This document shows, in pieces, positions 9,681 through 22,237 of a stretch of 64,000 nucleotides of DNA. Source of the DNA: Squalus acanthias (Eukaryota); NCBI GenBank assembly GCA_030390025.1, contig CM059432.1, forward strand, positions 148,430,001-148,494,000. The letters are read 5' to 3'. Position numbers and translations under genes: made by a program. How positions within the stretch are numbered: the stretch's first letter is position 1; each line of letters starts with the position of its first letter. Under the pieces are notes generated by a model, which was not told the DNA's origin, did no database searches, and worked only from the letters and a program-made list of their open reading frames with translations.

Positions 9681-12556
9681 GGTACGAACAATTTTCTCTG
9701 TAACATAAAATTATATATGTATTTTCATATCTCAAGGTTTCAAATGTCACTGGTACAGTCGGCCTCAACCGCCGTATGAACATTTTACACAATAAATATA
9801 GTATTTTCCTGCTCCGAGAGTTCCATGGAATGGCTTCCTGTAGGCGCAGCTTCCGAAATGCAGACCCCCACGGGAGGGGGGGGGGTGGCGCGGGGGTCAG
9901 TGTTACTGGCCTTCACAGCCAACATCTGGCAAGCTTACAGTGGTTTGCTGCGACTTACTCAGCACAGATTTACAAGGCAGCCTCAACAGGCCAACTGATT
10001 AATAATGAGTAGGTTATCACACTGCGAACCTACTTCAACTCCTCTGACAGGCAGATGTGTGTGTCTGTATCGTGCTTCACCTTCTATTGCTATACTCTGA
10101 AACAAGCCTCTGGGGAGATGATCCGGAATGCTGGGCTCAGCCAACCCCTGTCACAGCACCAAGTTTGGTTTATTTATCCAGATTTATTTTATTTATCACT
10201 TTTTTTTTTCCCCCCCCCCCCATCATCTTGTAACTTCAGTACCAGACAGAATTATTCATGGCAAAATTATGCAGATTAATTGGAACCAACTGTAAATAAT
10301 ATGTTTGCATTCAATTCTCTTTCACGCAAACCTCTTGAGTGATTAGTCAGCAAACAAAGTCTTTCAATGAAACAGACTGGATGAACTCATCAAATCTATA
10401 GCACCCAAAGGACATGCTCTACTTTTAGCCTGTCAAACAGAACAACACAAAATAACTTCACTGCACCAACCCATCAGAATTATTTCTTTGTTTGTGACTC
10501 CGTGTTGAATGTATTTTTTCTCCTCTCCTTGGGTCCCCTACTGCTCCAGCGTCACTCTCCTGACTGAGTTCCCAGCTCTCTTTCAATGCTGTTCGACCGC
10601 CAGCTACCAGGAGGTCATCACAAGTGGGCCAGTGGCTCACTTCTCTCCCTCCCTCCAAGCTGGAAAGTATTTGGCCTCCAACCTGCAGCAAAACTTGTGT
10701 GTTCTGGCTGAATCTGGAAATTTGTCTTGTGGGGAATGGTGGGAGTGAATCCATGTCCGACCACCCTGTGTGGCAGGATCATGTTGGTATGTCAAACGCA
10801 CCTCTTCTACTGAGAATAAAACGTGAAACCCCTTAACACTTAAATCACTTTTCACAGATCTTACTCTGTTTGTTCAGCAAAGTGTGAGTTAAGTGGTTAA
10901 TGAAGTCCAGAGTTCACGTCAGCTGGAAGCTCAGAGGCTTGTCTGTTGGTAAATGCCAAGAAACAAACTGACGCCAAGGAGCTCTGGCTTTGGCTTAATT
11001 AGAGTTGATTTCATCACAGAGTATACTGGATCATAGGTGTACTGCTAAACCCAGTCTCCAGCTGCCGGTGGTGCTTGTGAAGGCCCGGCAAGTTTGTGCA
11101 GCCTTCCCTGGTGAGAGAAGCACCAACCTCCCTTTGTCCGTCCCTCAATGATGGGGCCAATCAAATTAACTTAGACTCACCATAACAATGAGTAATTGAA
11201 AGGGAAGAAAAGTAAATAGTCGGGGAAAAGGCAGGGAAATGGGAAGAGAGTAGTGCTGGTTAATCAGAAAGCGCCAGCCCTGACTCAATCGTCTGCCCGG
11301 CCTCCTCCTGTGCTGTCATTTCTATGGTTCAATACGAGGCCATGACTCACCCCAACCAAGTGCAGCTGCACCTTGCAGCCACTTGTAACAGGCAGCTCAA
11401 CATTTAAACAGTAACCTGTACATTAGAATTCAGCTGATGCAGTGTCTTACAAGGACTGTACATAGCGTAGTGCGTTCCGATGTGTTTGGTGATATGATGT
11501 ATGATATAATGATACGGTATTAAAGGTCACACCTTGCCCTTTAATTGTTTTAAGTTGGGGGGGGGAGGGGCGAATAATCTCCAAAGTAAGAAGAAAGCAA
11601 TCCTTCTCAGGCCATTACTACACCAACTTTGGGATGCATAGCCATGCCTGGACCTTGCCATCACATGAGGCCTTGCCACGTCCAAGGTTTTGATCACTGA
11701 CAAAGCTGTCTACAAACACTTTCGCATCTCTGTCACCATCTATATCTTCCTACCCACCTTAACCCCTGCCCTTGGGAAAAAAAATCTTCCCTGCAGTTCC
11801 CTCACAAGGACACTTTCTAACTCCCAGATTTTCTCGTCTGTCTCTTTACTGGCCAGGATACTGCTGCCTTTGTCAACCTGCTCAACGGCTCCCTTGGTAC
11901 TGCCTTTGACCTTAGAAGTCATTCACAGTCTTCCACCCTGACAGTTTTCTAGTAAATTTCCTACCTCCACACTCTCAAGTACAAGAGCTGCAGATTGGAG
12001 CATACCTATTGCCGAACTAGCATGGGTATCCTCCATCATCTAAAGCAATACTCCTCTCTGTGACTCCCCCTACTGGGATCATCCTGGACTGTCTCTCTGA
12101 CCCACTTGCTCCATTCCCCCTCCAACCCCAAGTGTGAAGCATTAATGAACTTTTTAATCTCAAAGATTGGGGCTATCCACAAAGCTGCTTCTTCCTCCTC
12201 CCATGTCCTGGACTCTGTCCCGAGACATTCCTTCCCTGTGGCTGCCAATCCCATCTCTTCTCTTCAATTTGCCCACCCAGCCCCAGCTACTCAATAAAGT
12301 CCAAGGTACTTGAAGCCGGTATTACTGTGTTGAAGGGGAAATAAATCTGGAACTCTCTCCCCCAAATGCTGGGCCAATTGAAGTTTTCAATTGAGATCAA
12401 CAGATTTTTATTAGGTAAGGGTATCAAGGGATATAGAACAAAGGTGGGTAAATGAAGTTGAGGTACAGATCAGCAATGATCTAACTGAATGGTAGAACAG
12501 ACTCGAGGGGCTGGATGGCTTACTCCTGTTCCTGTGTAAGAGCTGTGGAGTACTTT

Positions 12557-13023
12557 GACCACGCTCGATCAGTTCCGATGGACGGGTCACATCGTCCGCA
12601 TGCCTGATACGAGACTTCCAAAACTAGCGCTCTACTCGGAGCTCCGACACGGCAAGAGAGCCCCAGGTGGGCAGAGGAAACGCTTCAAGGACACCTTCAA
12701 AGCCTCCTTGAAAAAGTGCAACATCCCCACCGACACCTGGGAATCCCTGGCCCAAGACCGCACAAAGTGGAGGAGAAGCATCCGGGAAGGCGCCGAACAC
12801 CTCGAGTCTCTTCGCCGGGAGCAAGCGGAAGCCAAGCTCAAGCAGCGCAAGGAGCGCACGTCAACCCAAGCACACCCCCCACCCGCCCCTTCAACCACCG
12901 TCTGCCCCACCTGTGACAGAGACTGTAGGTCCCGCATTGGACTCATCAGTCACCTGAGAACTCATTTTTAATGTGGAAGCAAGTCATCCTCGGTTCCGAG
13001 GGACTGCCTGAGAAGACGACGAC
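12557..13023 (+). mobile_element. RTE-clade LINE 3' fragment
   Basis: ORF QFRWTGHIVRMPDTRLPK.ALYSEL..GKR..GGQRKRFKD ending in a C2H2 finger (CPTC...HLRTH), followed by a trinucleotide tail. Confidence 0.88.
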
Positions 13024-16000
13024 TTGGGCAGAAAAGAACCTAGTATGCTTGGTGGGCGTGACTTTTCCTTGATACACAATACTGCTGTTACAGCCCAATA
13101 CCCACTTTTTTGTTCCCTTATCTTTTATTTAAATGATAACACGCTAAATAAAACAGATTTAAAAATGAATAATTTGGGAATATAATATAATAGTTTCTAT
13201 AAAAAGGGAACGGGCTGTCAAATATGTAAAGCAGGTCCAGTGATCTTCTGGCATGTAACTGATTCCAGCAATGTAGAACCTTACCAAATAAAACACACAC
13301 ACTGAAGTACAACACTGCAGTTAATGAGCTGAAATGCTCTAATGGTGCTGCACTATTTGGAATGGCACAAAACACTAATGCAGCATGTACACCCAACAGT
13401 TCCATTCAATATTCTCAGGAGACAATGAGGATTTAATTTTTTCCGCAAAGGAGCAACGGGGACCCTTAGCATCCACCTGCTGTTGACGCACAGCAAGTTT
13501 CCTTCCTATTAGAAAAATATTAAACAATATCACTGGTGCTAGCCACTGGGGAACATCTGTGCCCTATTTGATTGCAGTCTTGTTGGAGAAGGAATACTTG
13601 AGGAAAGTAGATATGTTTGGGACTGAATGACTGATTAGTTCAGTTGCCATAGAAATTAAGCTGATTTCTTCACTTCTTTCTGATGGCTTTGTAAAGAAAG
13701 TATCCATTAAAGCAGCACTGTTAGAAACAAGAGCTGAAACTCTGACTGAATAATAATTATTTTGTTTGACAGGGAATTAAGAAGCATGCTACCTCAGAGA
13801 GCTGTGGAAGCTGCGACATTAAATAAATTTAAAACGGGGACAGTTTCCTAGCTGATGAGGGAATTAAGGGTTATGGGGAGCGGGCAGAGAAGTGGACGTG
13901 AGTCTAGGTTCGGATCAGCCATGATCCTATTGAATGGTGGAGCAGGCCCGAGGGGTCGTATGGCCTACTCCTGCTCCTACTTCTTATGTTCTTATGCCCA
14001 CAATTACCTTGCACAATTCAAGTGGTTGTCCATTAATCGTAGTGCCCTTCACTCTGCCTTCATTTTTGTAAGTGTCCAGGTGCTGTGATCATGATCAGAT
14101 TGTATGTACCATCTTCTAAAAGGGTTTCAGATGTGTACTTCACACAAGTAATTTCATACAAATTTGCCTGACTGGTGAAGGGAAGGTGACTGACTCAAGA
14201 GAGTCAGATAAGGGACGTTACTCTCCGCCGAGGTTCTGCCGCTCGTCCACCAGAACTTTGGCAAAAGAGCCGCAGAAACCCCGGTAAAACACCGTGATCA
14301 GTGTTTACGCCGTTTTTCCAGGGTTTCTGCGGCTGCAGATGAGCAGGAGGATCCCTGTTGAAATTCACCACTGGGAGCTTTACAATAATAAACTTGACAT
14401 TAATTAAAGCACTTTTGGTAGGGTAGCGAGAGATGGCTATCAGAGAGCACAAAGCACATCATGAAACATAAAGCAATGGCCACCTGACCATCAAAGTTAT
14501 ATTGATGCATTGGAGAGAGGTCAGAAAACAGCAACGAGCATGCATCTGGGATATAAAGTTCGAAGTTATGAGAAGAGGCCTACAGAAATCTACTTGTTTT
14601 TAATTGGATGCCACATTTCCCTTCATAATGACAGCGACTACACTTCTGAAGTTATCTATCAGCTGCAAAGTGTGAAAGATTCTACATAAACGCAAATTCG
14701 TTCTTTCTTGCTTTCATTGGGCAAAGACTGAGAGGAGCTATGATCCAGTTTTTCAAAATGCTGAAAGCCATGGATAATGTGGGTACAAGCAGATTACTCC
14801 ACCTGGGCGATGAGCTCAGAACTAGAGGACACAAGTACAAGATTGGGAAGGTGAATTAAGACACTGGAGTTATTTTCACAGAAAACTGGATACAGAGAAT
14901 ACACTTCAATCAAAGTAGCTAATGCTATGTAAAAGAACTCCTCAAAACAGGACATATATCTGATTAAGAATGGGATTAATGGTTTTAAAGATAACTACAG
15001 ATTGAGATGAACAAAAACGTCATAGTTCAATTAGACGCCAGTCCTGTTGGGACCACAGGAGCATCATCTGTGGAATGCAATTCGACAGGCTTGCTCTGAA
15101 TTTTTACTCGATTACCTTTGGCAAGAGGGAGAACCGTCACAGTTTTACCTTTCTGGACCTTTCAGCTCTGGTTATTCACCAGTGTCAGGTGGTCAGAGAA
15201 TGTGGGGTAAATTGTTGTCTTTATTTCTCTTGGCACAGAGCTTCACACCCCAGCAGTGCAGATTGGGAATTCAGGCGTATGTCTGACTCGCAACCAATCT
15301 CCCTTCTAAGCTGTGCGGCCGCGCGGCGCTCCAGGGAACCGCGCAGCCGGCTTTTCAATGCAAAAACCGGGCGTGTGCAGTATTTTGAATGGCCCACGCG
15401 GCCACTTTAAGGCTCCAAAAATAATCACAGGGAACATTGCTTGTAGCCCCGTCAACCGTGGTCCCCTGTACTAAGCATGTTCCTGAATTCCCAGCATGTT
15501 CCTGAATTCCCAGTATGTGTTCCCCGTGCACAAAACTGAGCGCCAGGAGTATTGAAGACAAACTGTACCCCCATTAACAGCATGAACAGCACAGGGCTTG
15601 TTGAAAGCAACAGATTTTAACAGGAAAAACAACTTTTTCACGCTTGCGTCTGTTGTGAAAGGGACGCTCTACAGTTTTCAGAAATCAACCCGTCACATTG
15701 GATAGTCAAAAAGCTCAGTCTCAAAACAGTCAGTCAGAGAACTAGTTCTTTGGCAATAAGAGAATAAAGAATCCTCAGTCCTGGTGTAATGCCTCATTGC
15801 ATTCGGCACCAATCAATTCCAAACGCAAATGGGCAGGAAAGAAATCCGAACCTAATTCAGGCTTGGAAAATGAGCATATGCAGAAAAAATTAACTTCGCC
15901 CACGCGATCTACAAAGTGCGACAATAACTCTCTACGACCGCTGCATAGTTTAGGAAATGGTGCTATCTACACCTGACAACCAAGTTTCAAAACTGATGCA

Positions 16001-16060
16001 AGCAATTTACTCGTAGGTAGCAGGAGACGGCAATAATTATCGACAGCCCTGTGTACTCAC

Positions 16061-16168
16061 CACGGCCTCCTGGACAAGAAAGAGATCCGCTCCATTCGCA
16101 AACAGCCTGCTAGGAATCATAATTTGCACAGCAAGTTCTGGCGCGCTGCTTGGGCCCATGTTTATAAC
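16061..16168 (-). CDS. ITGA9: Integrin alpha-9 internal coding exon (108 bp, phase 0/0)
   Basis: Acceptor ttttttctgtttattattgaattaaag and donor gtgagt. Translates VINMGPSSAPELAVQIMIPSRLFANGADLFLVQEAV versus recalled human VYNTGPSTLPGSSVSISFPNRLSSGGAEMFHVQEMV. Confidence 0.92.
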
Positions 16169-17042
16169 CTTTAATTCAATAATAAACAGAAAAAAAGCTG
16201 TTGTTAATTCAAGCATTAGCAATAGCCCCACCCTTCACCATAACACTCTCTGGTCTAGTGACATAACATGCATTATTTATGGCTCCCTTTTTAATAAGAA
16301 CATAAGAAATAGGAGCAGGAGTCGGCCATTCGGCCCCTCGAGCCTGCTCCGCCATTCAATAAAATCATGGCTGATCTTCTACCTCATCTCCACTTTCCTG
16401 CACTATCCCCATATCCCTTGATTCCCTTAATATTCAAAAATCTATCGATCTCTGTCTTGAATATACCTAATGACTGAGCCTACACAGCCCTTTGGGGTAG
16501 AGAAATCCAAAGATTCACCATCCTCTGAGTGAAGAAATTTCTCCTCATCTCAGTCCTAAATGGCCGACCCCTTATTCTGAGACTGTGACCCCCTGGTTCT
16601 AGACTCCCCAGCCAGGGGAAACATCCTCCCTGCAACTACCCTGTCAAGCCCTGTAAGAATTTTGAATGTTTCAATGAGATCACCTCTCATTCTTCTAAAC
16701 TCTAGAGAATATAGGCCTAGTCTTATCAATCTCTCCTCATAGGACAATCCCCCACCCCAGGAATCAGTCTGGTGAACCTTCGTTGCACTCCCTCTATGGC
16801 AAATATATCCTTCCTTCGGTAAGGAGACCAAAACTGTACACAATACTCCAGGTGTGGTCTCACCAGGGCCCTATATAATTGCAGTAAGACGTCTTTACTC
16901 TTAGACTCAAATCCTCTTGTAATAAAGGCCAAAATACCATTTGCTTTCCTAATTGCCTGCATGTTAACTTTCAGTGATTTGTGTACAAGGACACCCAGGT
17001 CCCTCTGAACATTTCCCAATCCCTCACCATTTAAAAAATACT

Positions 17043-18395
17043 GGCCCATAATTTCCGATAGGAGGCTTCCCGCGTGCGGAGGCCTCCAATCAGAAAAAAA
17101 TCTACGCCCTTACCTGAGGGCTCCCGAGGTCCGGACACTTCCGATCCTGGGCCTCTCCACAGTCGAAATGCACAGGGCCCACGTATCCCAGGGGCGCAGG
17201 CGGTTCGCAAGCGTCCCTGGGATCACGTGGGCCAGGCCAGCCAATGAAAGAAGGGAATCTCCCTTCATACTTTTGACAGATAGACCCGTCAAATATATGA
17301 ATGGGGATCACTGAAAAAAGACACTAAAACATTAAATATTTTTTTTTTAAACCATCATGTTTTTAAAATGAGTTAAAATTACATTAAATTAAATATTTTA
17401 AACAAACATTTAACTTTTTGAAAAAAATAATTAAAGTTTTTTACGGGGCTAAAAATAAACTTACCTTATTTAAAAGTATTTTTAAGTTATAAATGAGTGA
17501 AAAAAAATTATTTTATTTTTTTACTTTTTTCAACTCTTATGCTGGTAAAAGCAGGCCTTACACAGGTTTTTACCAGGCGTAAGATTTCTAAGGGTTTTCA
17601 GCGGGTGGAGATTCTGCATCATTCATGGGATGTGGGCGTCGCTGGCAAGGCCAGCATTTATTGCCCATCCCTAGCTGCCCTTGAGAAGGTGGTGGTGAGC
17701 CGACTTCTTGAACCGCTGTAGTCCGTGTGGTGAAGGTGCTCCCACAGTGCTGTTAAGCAGGGAGTTCCAGGATTTTGACCCAGCGACGATGAAGGATCGG
17801 CGATGTACTTCTAAGTCAGGATGGTGTGTGACTTGGAGGGGAAATTGGAGGTGGTGGTGTTCCCATGCGCCTGCTGCCCTTGTCCTTCTAGGTGGTAGAG
17901 GTCGCGGGTTTGGGAGGTGCTGCCGAAGAAGCCTTGGCGAGTTGCTGCAGTGGATCTTGTAGATAGTGCACACTGCAGCCACGGTACACCGGTGGTGAAG
18001 GGAGTGAATGTTTAAGGTGGTGGATGGGGTGTCAATCAAATGGGCTGCTTTGTCCTGGATGGTGTCGAGCTTCTTGAGTGTTGTTGGAGCTGCACTCATC
18101 CAGACAAGTGGAGAGTATTCCATCACACTCCTTACTTGTGCCCTGTAGATGATGGAAAGGCTTTGGGGAATCAGGAGGTGAGACACTTGCCGCAGAATAC
18201 CCAGCCTCTGACCTGCTCTTGTTGCCACAGTATTTACGTGGCTGGTCCAGTTAAGTTTGTCAAGAGAATTCTTGACAGATCGGAAATGCCGGTTTTCAGC
18301 ACATGCGCTTCGCATGCCTGAAACTGGCATTTCCAATGTCCCTATGGGTGCGTACACAGCTCGTACACACCCGTAGGCATCGGAAAATATGGGCC
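17043..18395. mobile_element. MITE family M1, copy 3 (contains a LINE fragment)
   Basis: TIRs GGCCCATAATTTCCGAT / ATCGGAAAATATGGGCC with an exact 3-bp TSD, ACT. Confidence 0.85.
17620..18256 (-). mobile_element. 3' fragment of a different CR1/L2-group LINE inside the MITE
   Basis: LNWTSHVN...YRAQVRSVMEYSPLVWMSA..TLKKLDTIQDKA...SKSWNSL, the RT C-terminal region. Confidence 0.8.
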
Positions 18396-18884
18396 ACTCT
18401 GCTTTTCTATTTTTCCTACCAAAGTGGATAATTCCACATTTCTCCACATTATATTCTATTTGCCATGTTCTTGCCCACTCACTTAGCTTGTCTATATCCA
18501 CTTGAAGCCTCTTTGCATCCTCTTCACAACTTCATTCCCACCCAGCTTTTTATCATCAGCAAACTTGGATATATTACATTTGGTCCCCTCATCCAAATCA
18601 TTGATGTAGATTGTGAATAGCTGAGGCCCAACACTGATCCTTCCGGTACCCCAATAGTTACAGCCTGCCAAACCGAAAATGACCCGTTTATTCTTGCTCT
18701 CTGTTTTCTATCCGTTAACTAATCCTCAATCTATGCTAGTATATTACCCCCAATTCCATGAGTCCTAAGTTTGTTTAATAACCACTTGTGTGGCACCTTA
18801 TCAAATGTCTTCTGAAAATCCAAATACACCACATCCACTGGTTTCTCCTTATCTATTCTGCTAGTTACAACCTCAAAAAACTAC

Positions 18885-20745
18885 CTCCATGCTCTTGTGG
18901 AGGGAGTGAGAGGGCGCAAGGAGGTTCTGTTCCCCTCAAATGGACGGAGGAAGCCTCCTCAGCAAACCAAGGCAGCCTGGCTGCAGATTGCTGAGGAGGT
19001 GAGCGCCAGGTCTTTATGCTCACACACCTGGGTTCAGTGCAGGAAAAGGTTCAATGATCTGCTACGCTCAGCAAAAGTGAGTATAACATCACACTTACCT
19101 TCACTCTGCTCCCCATCTCCTCTCATCACCAGCACTCTGCATTGTCAACCTACTCCTGCACATCCCAACTTAACCTTACATCCCTTGCACCCTTAACCAT
19201 CCCTCTCTCTCTATGTACAGACTCACTCCACCATTCTACTATGCACTCCTCACACTCGCCATCACTGTTATGCAATGGCAACAACTAACAACGCACAGGG
19301 AGGGCCCTTGGTATTAGCACCTCACTCCATCTTTGTCTCCCTCTAAGCATCTATGCTATGGATTCTCTACACTCACTCCAACATTCGCACTCAAACTCCA
19401 CTTGTGTCCCTCATTGCAGGAAAAGAGAGCCCACAATAAGAGGGGGAGGACAGGAGGAGGGCCACCTTCCATGGCGCACTTGACCACCGCTGAGGAGGCT
19501 GCTATCGACATTGTCAGAGGTGCTGAGGAGCTGGAAGTGGGGGACAGAGAGACAGGCGCAGTAGAGCAAGCAGGTGACAGAATAGATTTGCAACCCTCTC
19601 ATTTAGATTTCATGAGTGACTGATACGGCATCTGATATTCATACAGATTGAGTTCTGATCATCTGCACAATGGGATGTGTCTGCTGCGTTAATATCACCT
19701 GTCTAACTCATGCCTTTACTCCCCCACAGGACCATCGAGAGCCCCCCTCCCCACTGTCCAGGAGGAAGAACCAGAAGACTCCTCAGAGCAAGCTGCAACC
19801 TCTGAGGGTGCAGCTTCAGCAGAATTGAGTGCACCCAGCACCAGCGCAGAGGCGCGCACCTCGGTGGGTCATTCGTGAGATAGATTAGTGTTGTCACCTG
19901 GTGTATCACAGCTCACAAGTGAGCATCAGCAGGTGGTGGAGACAGGGACAGCAGTGGAGAGTCCTTGTCAGAGGGCGCAGGATGATCCTAACTCTGCTCA
20001 GCTGCATGTGGAAGCTGTGCCTCTGGGGCCATCCAGAAAGAGAGTGGTGCTGGAGCTTCAGGAACAAATGCAGGAGGCTCTGACTGGGTTTGCATCCACG
20101 GTAACTGCGAGAGTGCAGAGAATGGAGGAGTCCATCTCAAACATGAGCAATGCCGTGGTGGACACAATGGCGAATGTAGGTGCCGCCATGGAAAGGATGG
20201 CAACCTCCATGGAGGACATAAATCGCCAGACTCAAATGAACATGGTGAATCTTCTAAATAGATGGCCTGCCATGGAGGATAGATGGGCATCTATTGAGGA
20301 GAGGCACCAGAGATACATGGACGTCCCCATTATGAGGACTGTCAGTATAGAGACGGGTCCTCATGGCCCCACTGATGTGCAGCAAGGTGCTCTCCAGCTA
20401 CTTGCTAGCAGTGAAGTGCAGGTGACTCATGAGAGGGATGATGGTGGTCGACAACAAGGAAGTGTGGGCTCCTCTCCAAGCGCTCACACTCCTATGCCAC
20501 TGCGGAGCCCTCGGTCAGAGCCCCAGATTCCTCACCCAACTGAGATGGCCATCTCAGCCCCTGCACAGCCGCAGGAGGAGCAGACTGTTTCCCAGCCCTC
20601 CCAGGCTCCCAAACCCAGAGGACGCCTGCCAAAGGCGTCGAAGCGGGCGCAGCATGGAAGTGAGCAAGGTGCCTCTGCATCTGCTGAAGCCACAGGGGAA
20701 GTACCACGTAAAAGCACGCGTAAGAGAAAGTTAACACACCAATAG
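18885..20745 (+). pseudogene. Harbinger A Myb/SANT (trihelix-like) gene: exons ~18885-19076, 19420-19573, 19730-20745
   Basis: AAWLQIAEEVSA...TWVQCRKRFNDL|EKRAHN..RTGGGPP with GT-AG introns. It is 5'-truncated, has an in-frame TGA near 19876, and has a basic C-terminus (RKSTRKRK). Confidence 0.82.
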
Positions 20746-20999
20746 TCACAAGGGTAGTCACCTGGGTGTTTTGATCTAATACAAAGTGAGGATTCTCATC
20801 GTTATTTCAATTGTAATAAAGAAATGCGATGGCAAAGATTCAAAGAGTTGGCCTATGTGTGCTCAGAAATGGAAGTGTCACAGTGAGGGGTCAGGGCGCC
20901 TTTCATCTGAGAGTGATAGGAACCCACAGTTTATTGTACAGATGCTATATGGTGTGTTAAGAAGGTCGGCCAGACACTCATTTCCATGTGCCAGTCACA

Positions 21000-22237
21000 T
21001 GTTTGCTGCGTAATCATAAGCGAATCTGGCATGGATTAGTGCACCCCTTGCCTCACGGCCAGCAATGTGCTCGTGTGCTGGTGGAACTGGCACATGTGGC
21101 CTCCGCAAGGTCTACCTCCTCCTCCTCTGAGGAGGAGGAGGAGGCTGTGCGCTGAGCCACTGGTTCCTCAGGCAGTGGTAAGCCACGCTGCTGTGCGATG
21201 TTGTGCAGGGCACAGCAGACCACGATGATTCTGGAGACCCTGGCTGGTGAGTACTGTCGGGTTCCACCAGATCTGTCGAGGCATCCGAATCACTTTTTGA
21301 GCAAGCTGCTGGTTTGCTCTATGATGCTTCTGGTGGAAATGTGGCTCACATTGTACCGCTCCTCAGCTTCGTTTGATGGCCTTCTCATCGGTGTCATTAG
21401 CCACGTCTTCAGGGGATAGCCCTTGTCTCCAAGTAGCCATCCAGAAAGTTGTGTTGGTGGATTGAACAGCTGAGGCACAGTAGACTGCCACAGGATGAAC
21501 AAGTCATGGCAACTGCCAGGGAACTTGGCGCAAACATGCATAATGTTCTTCCTGTGGTTACACAACAGCTGGACGTTAAGGGAGTGGAAGCCCTTGCGGC
21601 TGATAAATACAGCTGGGTTGTGATGGGGTGCCCTAATGGCCACATGTGTGCAGTCTATGATGCCCTGCACCCTTGGGAAACCTGTCATATTTGCAAAGCC
21701 AACTGCACGCGCAGTTACACTTGCTTCATCCGTGGAGAAGTGGATGTAATTGTGCGACTTTGCAAAGAGGGCATCGGTAACCAGCGTGATACAAGTGTGT
21801 GCAGCCGACTGGGAGATGCCGCTGATGTCTGCAGCTGATCCCTGGAAGGACCCTGAAGCAAAGAAGTTGTGTGCGGTGGTGACTTTGACAGCCACTGGTA
21901 AGGAGTGTCCACCCGCTCCTCTGGGCTCCAGGTGTTGGTGCAGCATTGTGCAGATGTCAGCGACTACCTCTCGCAAAAGCCACAGCCTCCTTTGGCACTG
22001 CTGCTCACTCATGTTGAGGAAGCTCATCCTCGGCCTGTAAACCCTGTGTTGGGGGTATCTCCTGCGGCGCGGTGCAGCCCTGCGCTGACGCCCTTTGACC
22101 TGTGCAGCATCAGGTGGGTAAGGAGAAGGTTGGTGCTCCTATTGTTGCTGCTGCTGTTATGCCTGGTTCTGCTGCTGCCACGGCTGCTCTTCCCCCGATT
22201 CTGAGGACCAGGATGAGAGAGTATAAATGGTTCCCAT
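21000..22237 (-). pseudogene. Harbinger A DDE transposase pseudogene
   Basis: [21 protein letters not shown] and RSIIEQT motifs. Premature stops at 21290 (homology continues FGCLDRSGG..YSP..VVCCALHN) and in the Gln-rich N-terminus. Confidence 0.9.

Noticed and set aside
13380..13505. Possible next ITGA9 exon (VDAKGPRCSFAEK...)
   Set aside because: Only faint resemblance to the expected exon (recalled ...GNCSF...ENIFHTIFAFF), far below the identity of the real exons, and no suitable donor. The true exon probably lies before position 1.
17671..18501. 276-aa ORF as a single gene
   Set aside because: It is a chance in-frame chimera of CR1 RT, MITE end and a second LINE.
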